This document shows positions 49,746 through 62,240 of a DNA stretch of 64,000 bases, piece by piece. The stretch is from Macrostomum hystrix (Eukaryota; Animalia; Platyhelminthes), in contig CATNEN010000033.1 of NCBI GenBank assembly GCA_950097015.1, positions 1,178,001-1,242,000 on the forward strand. The letters run 5' to 3'. The notes beneath the pieces were generated by a model, which worked only from the letters and a program-made list of their open reading frames with translations, searched no databases and was not told the DNA's origin. The position numbers and the translations under genes were made by a program. How positions within the stretch are numbered: position 1 is the first letter of the stretch; every line of letters starts with the position of its first letter.

Positions 49746-52700
49746 ATGCACCACAGCAGCGCTGTCCGCAGAGGCCCTATGGCTGTGGCCAGGACAGTTG
49801 TGATCAGCCGCACCCTGGCAGCCGCCGTCAGGTCGCCGACCGTCACATCCTCCTCGGCGGCGGACTTTGTTAACTTTGCGGCCGCAGTGGGAGGAGGCGA
49901 GCTGAGCAGTGTGCTCAACAGCAGGCAGCGGGAGAAGCAGGACATGCGCGAGTTAAACCAGCGCTTTGCCAGCTACATTGACACGGTGGGGGCTGCTCAA
50001 ATCTCCAATTGTTTGACAGCACGAACTTGGTTTGATGTTTGAAGCTCTCCCTGCATGTTTTATTGCCCGACCGCACCGATAGCCGCCATGAAATTGTAGC
50101 CGGGATAATTGTCCATCCCTCCCAGCGTTAGCCCATCAGGCTGAAACTGGACAATTAACTGCTGATAATTGCGGAGCAGACAGATAAGTAGAAGGGCCTC
50201 ATATAATGCGAGTCACAGACCAGCTCGGTATGGGATTCTGTGGGCTTCCAGTTTACTCAGAGGGGGTTTAAACCAGACAGGCAAACAGCCAGGCAACAAT
50301 GGACGGGCATGCAGGCGCTCCACCGTCCCCTGACGGCAGTCTCAGCAACGGCGGCCTGCGCTCCCCCGCCCTGCAGGTCCGCTTCCTGGAGGCGCAGACC
50401 CGGAAGCTGTCCGAGGAGCTTCGCAAACTGCGCGAGTCCTGGGGCAAGGAGACGGAGAAGGTCAAGCAGCTGTACGGGGAGGAGCTGCAGCAAATGCGCC
50501 GCCTGCTGGAGGAGGCCGACCAGTGCAAGGCCGGGTCCGAGGTTCGAATCAACTCGCTTGGCGACCAGCTCAACGAGCTCCAGCATCTGTGAGTTGGGGA
50601 GACTAGGGCGCTCAGGGATAGATGCCATGAGAAAGGGGATAGAGATGCCATGAGAAAGGGGATAGAGATGCCATGAGAAAGGGGATAGAGATGCCATGAG
50701 AAAGGGGATAGAGATGCCATGAGAAAGTGGTTAGAGATGCCATCAGAAAGGGGATAGAGATGCCATGAGAAAGGGGTTAGAGATGCCATGAGAAAAGGGT
50801 TAGAGATGCCATGAGAAAGGGGATAGAGATGCCATCAGAAAGGGGATAGAGATGCCATGAGAAAGGGGATAGAGATGCCATGAGAAAGGGGTTAGAGATG
50901 CCATGAGAAAGTGGTTAGAGATGCCATCAGAAAGGGGATAGAGATGCCATGAGAAAGTGGTTAGAGATGCCATCAGAAAGGGGATAGAGATGCCATGAGA
51001 AAGTGGTTAGAGATGCCATCAGAAAGGGGATAGAGATGCCATGAGAAAGGGGTTAGAGATGCCATCAGAAAGGGGATAGAGATGCCATGAGAAAGGGGAT
51101 AGAGATGCCATGAGAAAGGGGATAGAGATGCCATGAGAAAGGGGTTAGAGATGCCATCAGAAAGGGGATAGAGATGCCATGAGAAAGGGGATAGAGATGC
51201 CATGAGAAAGGGGATAGAGATGCCATGAGAAAGGGGTTAGAGATGCCATGAGAAAGGAATTAGAGATGCCATGAGAAAGGAATTAGAGATGCCATGAGAA
51301 AGGAATTAGAGATGCCATGAGAAAGGGGATAGAGATGCCATGAGAAAAGGGTTAGAGATGCCATGAGAAAGGGGATAGAGATGCCATGAGAAAGGGGTTA
51401 GAGATGCCATGAGAAAGGAATTAGAGATGCCATGAGAAAGACCTCCCAGGCGCCCCCTTCAGGCTAGACGAGGCGAATCGTCAGCGCGCCGCTGACTGCG
51501 AAGCCGCCGACCGGCTGGTCCAGCAGGTCTCGAGCTCCGAGGCCGAGATGTCGCTACTTCGCCGCCGATTGGCCGCCTGCAACGAGGAGCGAACTCGCGA
51601 CCTGACTGAGGTTAAACGACTGCGCCAGGAAGTGGCTCGGCTCAGACAGGTCAGGGCAGAATCTGCTCCCTGTCTCTCAGATGAAAAAAGCAGATACTAA
51701 ATTGTGCCCCAGCATCTTTGGCTCGTTTCTGCTCTCGCATATTTTTCTTGTCTACGAGAAGTTGGCACCCCCTGCCGTGAGTTTGGTGCTGTTGGCCCTT
51801 CAGACTACAGGCCCCGCCTCTCATTCCCACTCTCTTTGCTCTGCATCCACAACTAATGGCTTCTAGCAGCAGATTCTCAGACCCACCTAGTCCAGCAATT
51901 CTTAGAAAATATTGTATAGAAGAGCTCTCATTTTATGTCTAAAATTTTTTCCTGCACGTAATTAACTGCTTTAGCTACTTAAACTATTTTGGAAAATTAG
52001 AAAAGGTTGTGAATTCGAATCCTTTCCACCGTGCTCAGGACTTGGACTCGCAGACGCTGGCCCACATCAACGCTGATAACAGTGCTCAATCCCTGCGAGA
52101 GGAGTTGGAGTTTCAGCGCTCACTGCACGACTCGGTCAGTCCGGAAACTTCCACATTAAATTCTTTTTCTCTTGGAAATTTCGCTCTGTACTACTTGCTT
52201 ATTGCTAGTAGTGTAGTTTGCTGCTTTCCCAGTTTATTGAGTGAGACCCGTCTCAATCAGGAGCTGAAGGAGCTGGCCGCCCTTGCCTACCGTGACACCA
52301 CCGGGGAAAACCGGCAGTACTGGAAGGCCGAGATGGCGCAGGTACTCAGCGACATCCGCCGCGAGTACGATGTCAAGCTTGAGTCGGCCCGCTCCGAGGT
52401 GGAGTCTCAGTACAGCCTGCGGGTACAGGAGGCCCGCGCCGGCCGTAGCCGGGACACGGCCGAGCTGACGCGGCTTCGCGAGGAGGGTAAGCGGCTGAAG
52501 GCCCAGCAGGCCGAGCTGCGCAACCGCCTGCCGGAGGTCGAGGCCCGCTGCGCCCAGCTCGAGCGAGAGCTGGACGAGATTCGCCGCGAGGCCGAGGACG
52601 CTGAGCGCCAGTTTGAGTCGGAGCGCGGCCGCCTGCGCGCCCAACTCGCCGGCGCCAACGCCACCCTGGAGGAGCACCTGGTCGAGGTCAAGACACTCAC

Positions 52701-54981
52701 CGACACCAAGCTCAGCCTGGAGCTGGAGATCCACGCCTACAGGAAGCTGCTGGAGGGCGACGAGATTCGGTGAGTGGCCAGCTGATCACACCATCCACCC
52801 CTGACCCACACCATCCACCCCTGACCCACACCATCCACCCCTGACCCACACCATCCACCCCTGACTTACACCATCCACCCTTGACCCACATCATCCAATC
52901 CGGGATCAGCAAATTTGTCGAATGTCACCCGCATTCCTGGTCATCCCATCGATCCCGACTCTTAGATATCCCATTGAACGGAGAACAGAGAGCAGAGAAC
53001 GGACACTGCTCACTGCGAGTCACTATCAAGGTAACTTTAGTCCTCCTTCGGTCTACCGAAATCGGTCCGGTTTTGAGTCCAGACTAAGAGTTAAATCCAA
53101 TAATATCAAAGTTTATATTTATTCAAATTTAACTTTAAGCATAACAAATTAAATATTTGAGTTTCGTGAGGCAATTAACACGTGTGGCGACTGAGAACTT
53201 TAGTCTCTAACACCTCCGATTTGTCCAAAAACCGCAGACTAAACCCTGAACAGAAGGCCCAAGCCGAAACGCTTATACATGACGTCATGAGTGCCATGCT
53301 ACCGGAGCCGCCACCACCGCTGCAGCCTGAGCCGGAAGCTGAAAAACCTTTGAAGTCACCGCCGCCGCCGGAAAAGCCTTTGAAGTCACCGCCGCCGCCG
53401 GAAAAGCCTTTGAAGTCACCGCCTCCGCCGGAAAAACCTTTAAAATCGACACCGCCACCGCCACCTCCGCCACCGCCGCCACTTTCCGACGGTGATGCGC
53501 CCTCTGCAGGTTCGCAGCAGCAGCAGCAGCAGCAGTATCGCTTTCACAACCAAAATCGCTTTTCAATGTCGTTCTTCGCCTGCTTCTCTACATTCTTTAG
53601 GTGCTTTCAATGCCTGACTTTCTGCATATCTTACTACCGCTTGTTTCGTCAGTAGTATTGTATGACCCAAATGCTGTTTTTTCTAACTGTATAAAACTGC
53701 ACCTCTAAATGCTTTCCTTATTTTTATTGCTTATTTGGCATAAGACTTATTTTTCAAAAATTCTAAAACTGGTTTCCTTGGCTTGCTGGATTGCGATCTT
53801 TTAGCCCAGTGGTTAGAGCCTCACACTTCTGACCGAGAGGTCGCGAGTTCGAATATTCTCCACTTGGAGAATTGTGTTTGACTCTTCTCTCAGTCGATCT
53901 CAACCGAACAGCCACCCACCCGGCCTTGCAGTGAACCTCATCAAGGGTGAGATGTCAGCCAGGACCACTTACCAGCGCACCGCCAAGGGCAACACCGGCA
54001 TCCTGGAGTGCTGCTCCGATGGAAAGTTTGTCAGCATTGAGTACACTGGAAAGAAGGTATGCTGCTGATCGCATTGCTGAATTTCAGCACCCAATTCCTC
54101 CGCTATGCAACACTCAGCTACGCAATTTTAACAGAAGGAGGACCTGAGCGACTGGACTCTGGTGCGTAACATTGACAACAATCGCCAGGTGGTGAAGTTT
54201 ACCTTTCCCAAAGGCACCGTGCTGGATAGCAGCTGCAACACTGTGAAGGTAGGTTTCATAGGCAAGCTTCTTCATTCCCCATCACCCCCGCTCCGCTCAT
54301 CAGCTCCGACTTCATTCCTCATCAGCTCCGCCTTCATTACTCATCAGCTCCGCCTTCATTCCCCATCCGCTTCGCCTTCATTCCCATCAACTCCGCCTTC
54401 ATTCCCCATCCGCTCCGCCTTCATTCCCCATCAACTCCGCCTTCGTTCTTCTCGCCCGCCCGCAGATCTGGGCTGCAGGTCAGAAGCCGCCATCGGCTGC
54501 AGATGCAAAGGAAAACGGCGGCAGCGGCAGCGTGAAGGAGCTAGAAGCCGCCGAGCAGTCCTGGGGCATCGGTGGCAGCATTCTGACCACCCTGGCCAAC
54601 CCGGACGGAGAGGTAATCCGTGGGCTGTGCTGACGCATGACGCAACCGCAGCTGTCAGGTGGGGAAGAGGCAATCAAAAGCAGCACAGGCTTTATCTATA
54701 GCCGAGACCCTTGGGAAGAATTTCACGCTTAGCAGCAAAGATTGATCAGTTAAATCTTGCTGCATCTATGGTGGAAATCAGAACTGGGTGTTAGTCCCCC
54801 TGACTAAGCCAAGAAAATGTTTGTGAGGCTGAATCTTCTGTTAAACCCATTGGGAGCTGGCATAAGGATAAGCGTAGCGTGAAATGTACAGGAAGCTTTA
54901 AAAATAAAGGCAACTTTTTCCTAATCTGTTTGGCAGGAGCGAGCAACGCACACCCAGAAGACCACTTATTCGGCTAACTGA
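49746..54981 (+). CDS. Protostome-type cytoplasmic intermediate filament protein with lamin-tail domain (570 aa; 669 aa with the candidate cassette exon)
   Basis: join(49746..49985,50377..50588,51463..51649,52039..52134,52261..52769,[53238..53534],53894..54056,54135..54248,54466..54612,54937..54981). Rod start EKQDMRELNQRFASYIDT|VRFLEAQTRKL, rod end KLSLELEIHAYRKLLEGDEIR, tail KGEMSARTTYQRTAKG...DGKFVSIE...WGIG...ERATHTQKT. No CaaX, so not a lamin. Confidence 0.92.
50617..51440. repeat. 23-bp minisatellite filling intermediate-filament intron 2
   Basis: gagaaaggggatagagatgccat repeated. Confidence 0.96.
52788..52890. repeat. 20-bp tandem repeat just after the intermediate-filament exon 5 donor
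   Basis: acaccatccacccctgaccc, ~5 copies. Confidence 0.9.
53802..53878 (+). mobile_element. tRNA-derived SINE head fragment
   Basis: A-box TAGCCCAGTGGTTAG and B-box GAGTTCGAAT, but the anticodon and acceptor stems do not pair; the 3' flank ctccacttggagaattgtgt resembles the SINE at ~55164. Confidence 0.55.
54270..54445. repeat. Diverged short tandem repeat in intermediate-filament intron
   Basis: tcagctccgccttcattcccca-type units. Confidence 0.75.
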
Positions 54982-55163
54982 TGACTGGCAACTGCTTCCG
55001 ACATAGCATTGTCTGTTTCTTGAAGTTCACACGAAACTCTTAAAGCAACACTCTTTTGCGACTGTTTATTTAACTTATTCACCTTTTCGTGTCTATTTTT
55101 GTTAGTTATTATTGTCATATATCCTAGTTATAAAATATTTACAACTATTCATATTTACAACAT

Positions 55164-55452
55164 TAGGTTAGAGCGTCGTCGGACTCACAACTTGGAGGTC
55201 AGAGGTTCGTTTCCCGACTCCACTGGAACAATTTGTGTCCTTTGGCAAGATTCTTAACTCTGCAGTGCTTCAGTTCACCCAGCTGTTAAATGGGTACTAG
55301 CATTAGCTGGGATAATTGAGGGTGGGTGTGGCGTCCTCCAGTCCATGGACTGAACAGCCGTATGTATCTGCTTTCAGACGCAATAGCTGCGGCTGTGTTG
55401 TCGGCGCACATCTGACCTGATTGGGGCAGGTGTAATCAATTATTATTATTTT
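55164..55452 (+). mobile_element. 5'-truncated tRNA-derived CORE-type SINE
   Basis: GGTTAGAGCG...GGTTCGTTTCC head; core gtgtcctttggcaagattcttaactctgcagtgcttcagttcacccagctgttaaatggg aligns by eye to the MIR/CORE consensus as recalled; (TTA)n tail. Confidence 0.75.
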
Positions 55453-57393
55453 TTATAATAATATGTAAGTTAATAAATTCAATAATTAATTTAAAGTTTC
55501 TTAACGCCGTAAAAGTTGTGAAAAAAAACTTGCGGCATCTTTTGAAATACATAAAAAATTATTTAAGCCTTCCATTTCTGCGGTCAACGAGAAACAGTTT
55601 GTAGCTAATTGGTTATTTGTTAATAACGAATTATAAATAAATTCAACGATGTTTACCTCTGTTGCGTGAGATGGCGTGAGGTGGTGGGCCGCGAAGGATA
55701 GAGATTGGTTCTCACTGGCTGTTTGTGAATGTACATTAGGGACCAATGTACATCATTAGGGGTGGTGGGTGTTAGCTGGAAGCCTGGACAAAGTTAGCAC
55801 AATGTACACGCACAACCTAAGTAGATCGTTGTCTGCGGGTACTGAAGAATTTGTGCTGAAGGGACGAAAAAGAAGTTACTTTTTGTGAAATGGATTTACT
55901 CTTACTTGGGCAGGCCGGTCTCGCGGACGAAATTGAAGTTACTTTGTTTGTAATAGAAGTTGAAAACCAATATAATATGCTATCATTACAAATGTATCGT
56001 TTTCATTCCATTATCGCTAACCACAAAATCTACTCGTACAATGCCAAGCCTTACGTCGCAGGTTAAAAAACTAACACTTTTGCTTATCTTATCTTAGCTG
56101 ATTTTCGACACTGAAGTCATTTTTTCTGGCATTTTCCCTACCCACTTTGCTTGTAGCCCTCGTCCAGCCAATAGGATTAGCGCAGCTCTCTGGTTGGTTG
56201 ATTCACCCAGACAGTGTTGGTGCTGCGTCTCCTTAACAAGAGGCGTTTAAAAGCTGCCGGGGCTGCAGAGTTGAAGCGAATTCGGGAATGAGAGAAAGTG
56301 AGTTCTAGTGGAGCAAGGTCCCACTGCTGTTCAATGCAAGATTTGAGTACGATTTTTAGTGAAACTAGAGTGAAACTAGCAGCAAGCTCGGAATCATCAT
56401 AAGCCAACCATTGGTTACAGCTTACCCTCTGCCCGCCCGGTAAGCATTCTCATTCAAGCCATTGCTAAGCCGAAGATAATGCTAGTTTGACTCATGCCTT
56501 CCAAGGAAATTCCGTCGCAACAAAGGGCGCTTGCTTTCTCTCTCTCTCTCTCGGTGTGAAAGGCCGGTCAAGACCAGGAGGTCCCGGGAGAAAGCGGAAG
56601 TGTCACTCAAACTGACTCACAGTCGGAGGGGATTATTCTATAGTTATCTTTCTCCACGCCCAAGCAAAAAAACCGGACGCAAACCTGTCTGTCATCTAGC
56701 AGTTTCCGCTTGGCTGCAGCCTATCAGGTAAAAATCCCCATTTCCCTGGGGTAGGTGGCGCGGGTGGGAGTTATTATAAAGCGTCAGCAAAAGCAGTCGT
56801 CAGCACAATGACAGCCTGAGGGGTTTGCAGTGTGGGAAAACTATTTGGCATTAGGCATGGGAGTTAGCGGTGTGAATGACTCTGCCTCCACTCTCGGCTC
56901 TGTTATTGCAGCCTGTCAGTCCCGTGTTTTGGCACTCCGTTCCGCCCAAGTTCGCGCCTTCGTGTTGCTGCGCCGGGCACCAATATAAAGGCTGGGATAT
57001 TTGGGCGATGGGAAAATTTTTTGTTATGTGGGCTGGAAGGCAGGTTTGAGCAGGAGCACAATAGCAATATCGGTGATAATGCAGCTGCAATGCATTTGTG
57101 TTGGATTCTGGCTAAATGTGATCATTATATTGATTGCCCGAGGAAGCGCTGAAGCTTTAGGAGGCTGACAAAAAAGAAAGAAAATGCACTGCTGCTTTCT
57201 TGTGTCTTTTAAATACGAATTGCGGAGCGCGTACTATTGCAGGTGAACATATCTTCTGTAAGGTTTCTTAGATTGTTGCAGCCTGGATTTGGACAAGATA
57301 AGTTTGAATATTTCTGATAGTCATATAACTACGCAATTAAAAAATCTGCCTTTAAAATTTCCTTGTTGTTCCGTGAGGGGGATTTCCTACTAG

Positions 57394-57690
57394 CCGTTCT
57401 AGAAATAGCCACGAGTCAACCCTTTGAGTCCAATCAAATTTTAACCCTAAGGTCGATTGGTAAATCGCGGGATTCCTCTAGTTGTAAAAATAGGCGTCTC
57501 AAACCCTTTGTGTCCAATTAAATTTTAACATTGAACTCCAGTTCGTCAGAAAAGGGTTCCTCCGGTTTTTCTAAAAATAGCCAAAACTCAAGCATTCGCT
57601 GCATGACCAATCAAATTTCAACATTGAATACGGTTTGTGAAAGGAGGGAATGCCTCGCTTCCCGTTCTAAAAATAGCCAAAACCGAACCC
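57394..57690. promoter_or_regulatory. Diverged ~90-bp repeat carrying MEF2-like and CCAAT motifs (candidate enhancer)
   Basis: CTAAAAATAG at 57571 and 57667, one-mismatch copies at 57399 and 57484; ccaat(c/t)aaattt in the first three units. The repeat is seen directly; function is inferred. Confidence 0.35.
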
Positions 57691-60174
57691 TCCCTTGTCG
57701 ATGGAATTTGTCAGGCCTGTTTCTACCAAAGTCGAGCCTGGAGTCCTGGCATGGGGAAGTGCTTGCATTCGAGCTTGAAGAAGCCAGTCAAATTCAAGGA
57801 GATCGAAGCGTGTTGTGATCCCGGTCTTGGTTTTTGACCAAAAATAATTTCCCAGGCACCTTTTCCCATTATCCTCACGGCTTAACAATCGCCGTCCCCA
57901 TTAAGCTGAGCCGCGGAGCCGTCATCTGGAATGCTAAGCCAGCCCGGCACCCACTTGCAATTATTGATGAGGGGCCACTGTTGGTGCGAAATGTGGCGTC
58001 AATATACACCGCGACCGGAGCCGCATCCCAAAGAAAGGGAACGAAACTCGCGAGCCGGAGGGAGACTGGACAAATGGCCTGTTAACTGGCTCGGAGGAGC
58101 GAAGCCCTGGGATCACTGGGGGGGTTCGAGTCTTTTCTTTAAGTCCGAATGGCCTGCCTCCACCGCCGCCCCATCGTCAGGACTGTCAGCTTTCACTGTC
58201 GACTGGGGCAGTGTTTTTACAGCGGCTTCCCGCGGGCCCAAAGTAAATCTCCCACCACGGCGCCCAGAATCCCAAGCCGCTAAACTCCGTCCCCCGTTTC
58301 CACAAAAGTTTCCCCCGCGCCTCATCACGGACCACCTGCTGTTGCTAAAAAGTTGGCAGGCGTGAAATATCGGAGTGAATAAAGGCGAAGGAGCTGGGAT
58401 ACCAATCCTCGGCCGTGTCCCTAGGCGCGAATTTTTTTAGACATTTTTTAAAAACCGACTGCACGCTCAAAAGTTTGACGCCTGGCTGTCTGAACCGACT
58501 GATTTTCTGACCAAGTTCGAATTTGAGAATCAAGCTCTGCACCCTTAAAGTACAACTGCTCGAGTCAGCGTACTCACGAAAGGTCCAGTGGAATGATCCC
58601 AATGTCCCATGCCGTAATTACTGATATGCCACTGTACTGCTCTAAAATATTCCAGGAAATGTCGTCGAGAACTCTGAAAAAATTTCAGAAGCAATTATCG
58701 TGACTGAATTGTGGACGAATTGCAAACTGGCGACCTCCCGATAGCTGATGGAGTCCGTCTGGGAACCCCCTGTCTTCTGCAGCTCCCTCTCTGTTCCGAT
58801 TTCTTGCCTTGTAAGGCGTGCTGTTATGAGACGCTGCAGCTGCTGCTGCTGTTTATCCTTTGCGGAATTGGAGGCGTAAGCATACGCAATTTTTTAAGTA
58901 ACAAGGCTTGCTTTAACTTCGTCTTTTGCTTCCCCAAATGTGGCAATGGGAGAAATTTCCCCTTCCATAGCTGGCTTGTGTTGCCAGGGTTTGCCAGTTG
59001 CGCACCCCGGGGCTGCGTGTCGCATAATTCAGCACATTTGCGTTGCGTGCCATTTGACTCCGCTGATCGATTCGCCAGCCGCTACTGAGGTGCGCGCCAG
59101 AGCTCGGGTGCGGGGGGCCGATATAGTTACACGGGCTGTTCAACCAACTCACTGGGGAAAGTGCTCAAGAAAGGCCGAGATCCCCTGCGCGTTAAATATC
59201 GAATTCCTTCCATGAATATACGCACACATATAAACATGTACAAGCATGTCCGTCTGTATAAATATATATATTGATTAGCTGAAAGTTTACGAGCTAAAAT
59301 CAAGTCTGGTTCGATCGGTCTGAAGCGAGACCCTCTGGCCAATCTATTAATTAATCTACTAGCTCGACTATGACCGTACAGTTTTCAGTAAGGCAAGCCT
59401 CTGGGACTCCGTTATCCGGGGTGATGCAATACCATATAGTTAATTGCCAAGCTAGCTCTCATTCCCCTCGGGAAAAATCTCCCATTGAGGCCAGAGGAAC
59501 ACAAAGCAGCAGCAGCAGTTGAGCGTTGACTGCGGATGGCCTCAAGCAGGTCCTGCTAGACTTCTGTTTTCCTTCTTGAAAGCCAGAAAAGCTGGGAGAG
59601 GAGAAGGAGGATGAGAGGGCCCTTGAAGGAGGCGGTTGTGAAATGCGCCGAGGATCTGTTTAAAAAAGGAAAGGGGAAAAGTTGCGACTCCACCCGCAGC
59701 TGCCGCTCTTCCCTCTAACAATTTCCCCAGTCTTCCAGGGCCATCCGCCTCCAATTGAGTCCTCCGCCGTCTCGTCACAGTCGCGCCCAATGCGCCAGGA
59801 GCCCCTGAGAGTTCACAGGAGAATGAGAAGAGGGCGAGTGTGTGTGACTCACCTGACACTTTCGCTTCGGTTGTTTCCCACGCCGGGGAAGAGTTGAGAA
59901 CTTTGGCGGCCCCGGCAATGGCGAGTGCGGGATGATTTGGCGACAATCGATACGTCGAGGCTGCGCGCAAAATGTAGCTTTGTTTTCAGAGCAGCCTGTT
60001 GCTCGTCACCTGTCCGTTGTTGTATGAGTGAATAGAATCAGCTGCTGGTGCTGGGGTCAGGCTGTGTTGGCGTTAACAAGTAAAATATTTATCTCCTGTG
60101 TTTTTTCGCCTCCTATTTTTCTTTTATCTGTTTTTTTTTCAGGTAAAAGACGCGCGAAAATCAGTGCTCCCACG

Positions 60175-60283
60175 ATGCTGCAGCAGCCGCGGCGGCGAAG
60201 TCACGGAGGGTGGCAGCTACTGGCGGCTTCCCTGCTGACTGCCATCCTGCTCACCCAGCCATTCTCGGCTTCGGCGTTTGTTG
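60175..60283 (+). CDS. First coding exon (signal peptide) of an unidentified secreted or membrane protein
   Basis: Strong acceptor t9cag at 60142, ATG at 60175, MLQQPRRRSHGGWQLLAASLLTAILLTQPFSASAFV, then a gtaagc donor at 60284. No downstream exon identified. Confidence 0.55.
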
Positions 60284-60329
60284 GTAAGCAACGAAACACT
60301 GTCTGCCTGCCCGCCTCACACACTCCTCT

Positions 60330-60745
60330 ATCTGTCACTTCTCTCTTCCCTCTTCTATTCTCCTCTTTCTCCCGTCTCCTCCATCTTCTATTCTCCTCTT
60401 TCTCCCGTCTCCTCCCTCTTCTATTCTCCTCTTTCTCCCCATCTCCTCCCTCTTCCCCTCTCCTCTCTCTCACCGTCTTCTCCCTCTTCCCCTCTCCTCT
60501 TTCTCCCCATCTCCTCCCTCTTCCCCTCTCCTCTCTCTCACCGTCTCCTACCTCTTCTATTCTCCTCTTTCTCCCCGTCTCCCCTCTTCTATTCTCCTCT
60601 TTCTCTCCGTCTCCCCTCTTCTATTCTCCTCTTTCTCTCCGTCTCCCCTCTTCTATTCTCCTCTTTCTCCCCATCTCCTCCCTCTTCCCCTCTCCTCTCT
60701 CTCCCCGTCTCCTCCCTCTTCCCCTCTCCTCATTCTCCTTTCTGT
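60330..60745. repeat. Polypyrimidine (CT-rich) low-complexity tract
   Basis: Almost entirely C/T, with recurring cttctattctcctctttctccc units. Confidence 0.9.
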
Positions 60746-61689
60746 CTTATTTCCCATCGCTCTGCTTCCATTCCTACATCCCACTCCTCGTTCCCGCTGC
60801 CGCCTCGATCATAATTCTGGCACCAATCTGTCATCATTCCAAGCCATCAGCTTTCCCCCAGCAGTTGTCAACTCTCGGTGAGCTCTCTCTTAGGCCAGCA
60901 ATTTGTAAGACCATGCCAGTGAGACACTGACACAGCCGGACAGTCAGGCAGAGATAGAGCAATTGACGGGCATTTCTGCCCCCCCCTGCTGCACCGCTTC
61001 CCTTTGCACTTTCGCCCTCTCATTCGGGCCTGCTTTGCTCTCGCTCGCCATTTTCGCCTCCTTTCTTCGGCCTCTTTTCAACTTGTTCTTCTTGTCGCTG
61101 ACTGCGGCCATTGCACACTCAGGGGCCGATTTCTGACTCGCCGCCAACCCCAACCTCCTCCGGATCCCCTTCGCCCGGCCGGGCGTGCACTTGCGCAGCG
61201 TCCCAATTACCAGGCCTATGCGCGCATCTCCCAATTCCCATTTCTAACTTTGCCCTTCACTTTCCGCCGTAGTGGCTGGACGGGGGAAGGGCTGGTCATC
61301 TTAATTCTCAGCTCGACAACTGGTGGGTGAGTTGAGACGGCCTGCCATCGAGAACAGCGCCGAGCTGAGCAGCTTTCACTTTTGTTAAATCTGTCAAACA
61401 TTGGCAGCGGGAAAGTGCTGTTTAAATTCAAAACCGCTTTGGACTTGTCTTTCAACTTTCTTGTCGCTTGGCATAATGGAAAGATGGACTGACTGGCTTT
61501 GGCAGAAATTATTCGACTGGAATTCGCTAATTGATGCCGAACTACGCTGAACAGTTGAACTTGCAGGATTTTACAATTTCTAGCTCTGTTTCTTATTTAA
61601 AAATGCAACTGGCAGTATACTTCTTTGCGAATAATTAAGGTACACAGCCTCGGAACTGACAGCTGTGCAAAGTGCCGGTACTGAAAACT

Positions 61690-62240
61690 GTACACAGTCT
61701 AGGTACAAACAATTGTACACAGTCTAGGTACTGACAGCTGTACACAGAGTTATTACTGACAGCTGTACACAGAGTTGGTACTGACAGCTGTACACAGAGT
61801 TGGTACTGACAGCTGTACACAGAGTTGGTACTGACAGCTGTACACAGAGTTGGTACTGACAGCTGTACACAGGGTTGGTACTGACAGCTGTACACAGGGT
61901 TGGTATTGACAGCTGTACACAGAGTTGGTACTGACAGCTGTACACAGAGTTGGTACTGACAGCTGTACACAGGGTTGGTACTGACAGCTGTACACAGAGT
62001 TGGTACTAACAGCTGTACACAGAGTTGGTACTGACAGCTGTACACAGAGTTGGTACTGACAGCTGTACACAGGGTTGTTACTGACAGCTGTACACAGAGT
62101 TGGTACTGACAGCTGTACACAGAGTTGGTACTAACAGCTGTACACAGAGTTGGTACTGACAGCTGTACACAGGGTTGGTACTGACAGCTGTACACAGAGT
62201 TGGTACTGACAGCTGTACACAGAGTTGGTACTAAGAGCTG
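61690..62240. repeat. Minisatellite, 25-bp unit (gtactgacagctgtacacagagttg)
   Basis: Direct periodicity. Confidence 0.96.

Noticed and set aside
53802-53860. Functional tRNA gene
   Set aside because: Acceptor and anticodon stems do not pair; better explained as a SINE head.
55425-55438. 14-mer ggcaggtgtaatca shared by the SINE tail and the 23-bp array at 37495
   Set aside because: With about 20 repeat families in the window one such match could be chance; no further alignment.
56605-56800. AP-1 site (tgactca) and TATA-like tataaa as a promoter
   Set aside because: Short motifs with no linked exon or transcript evidence.
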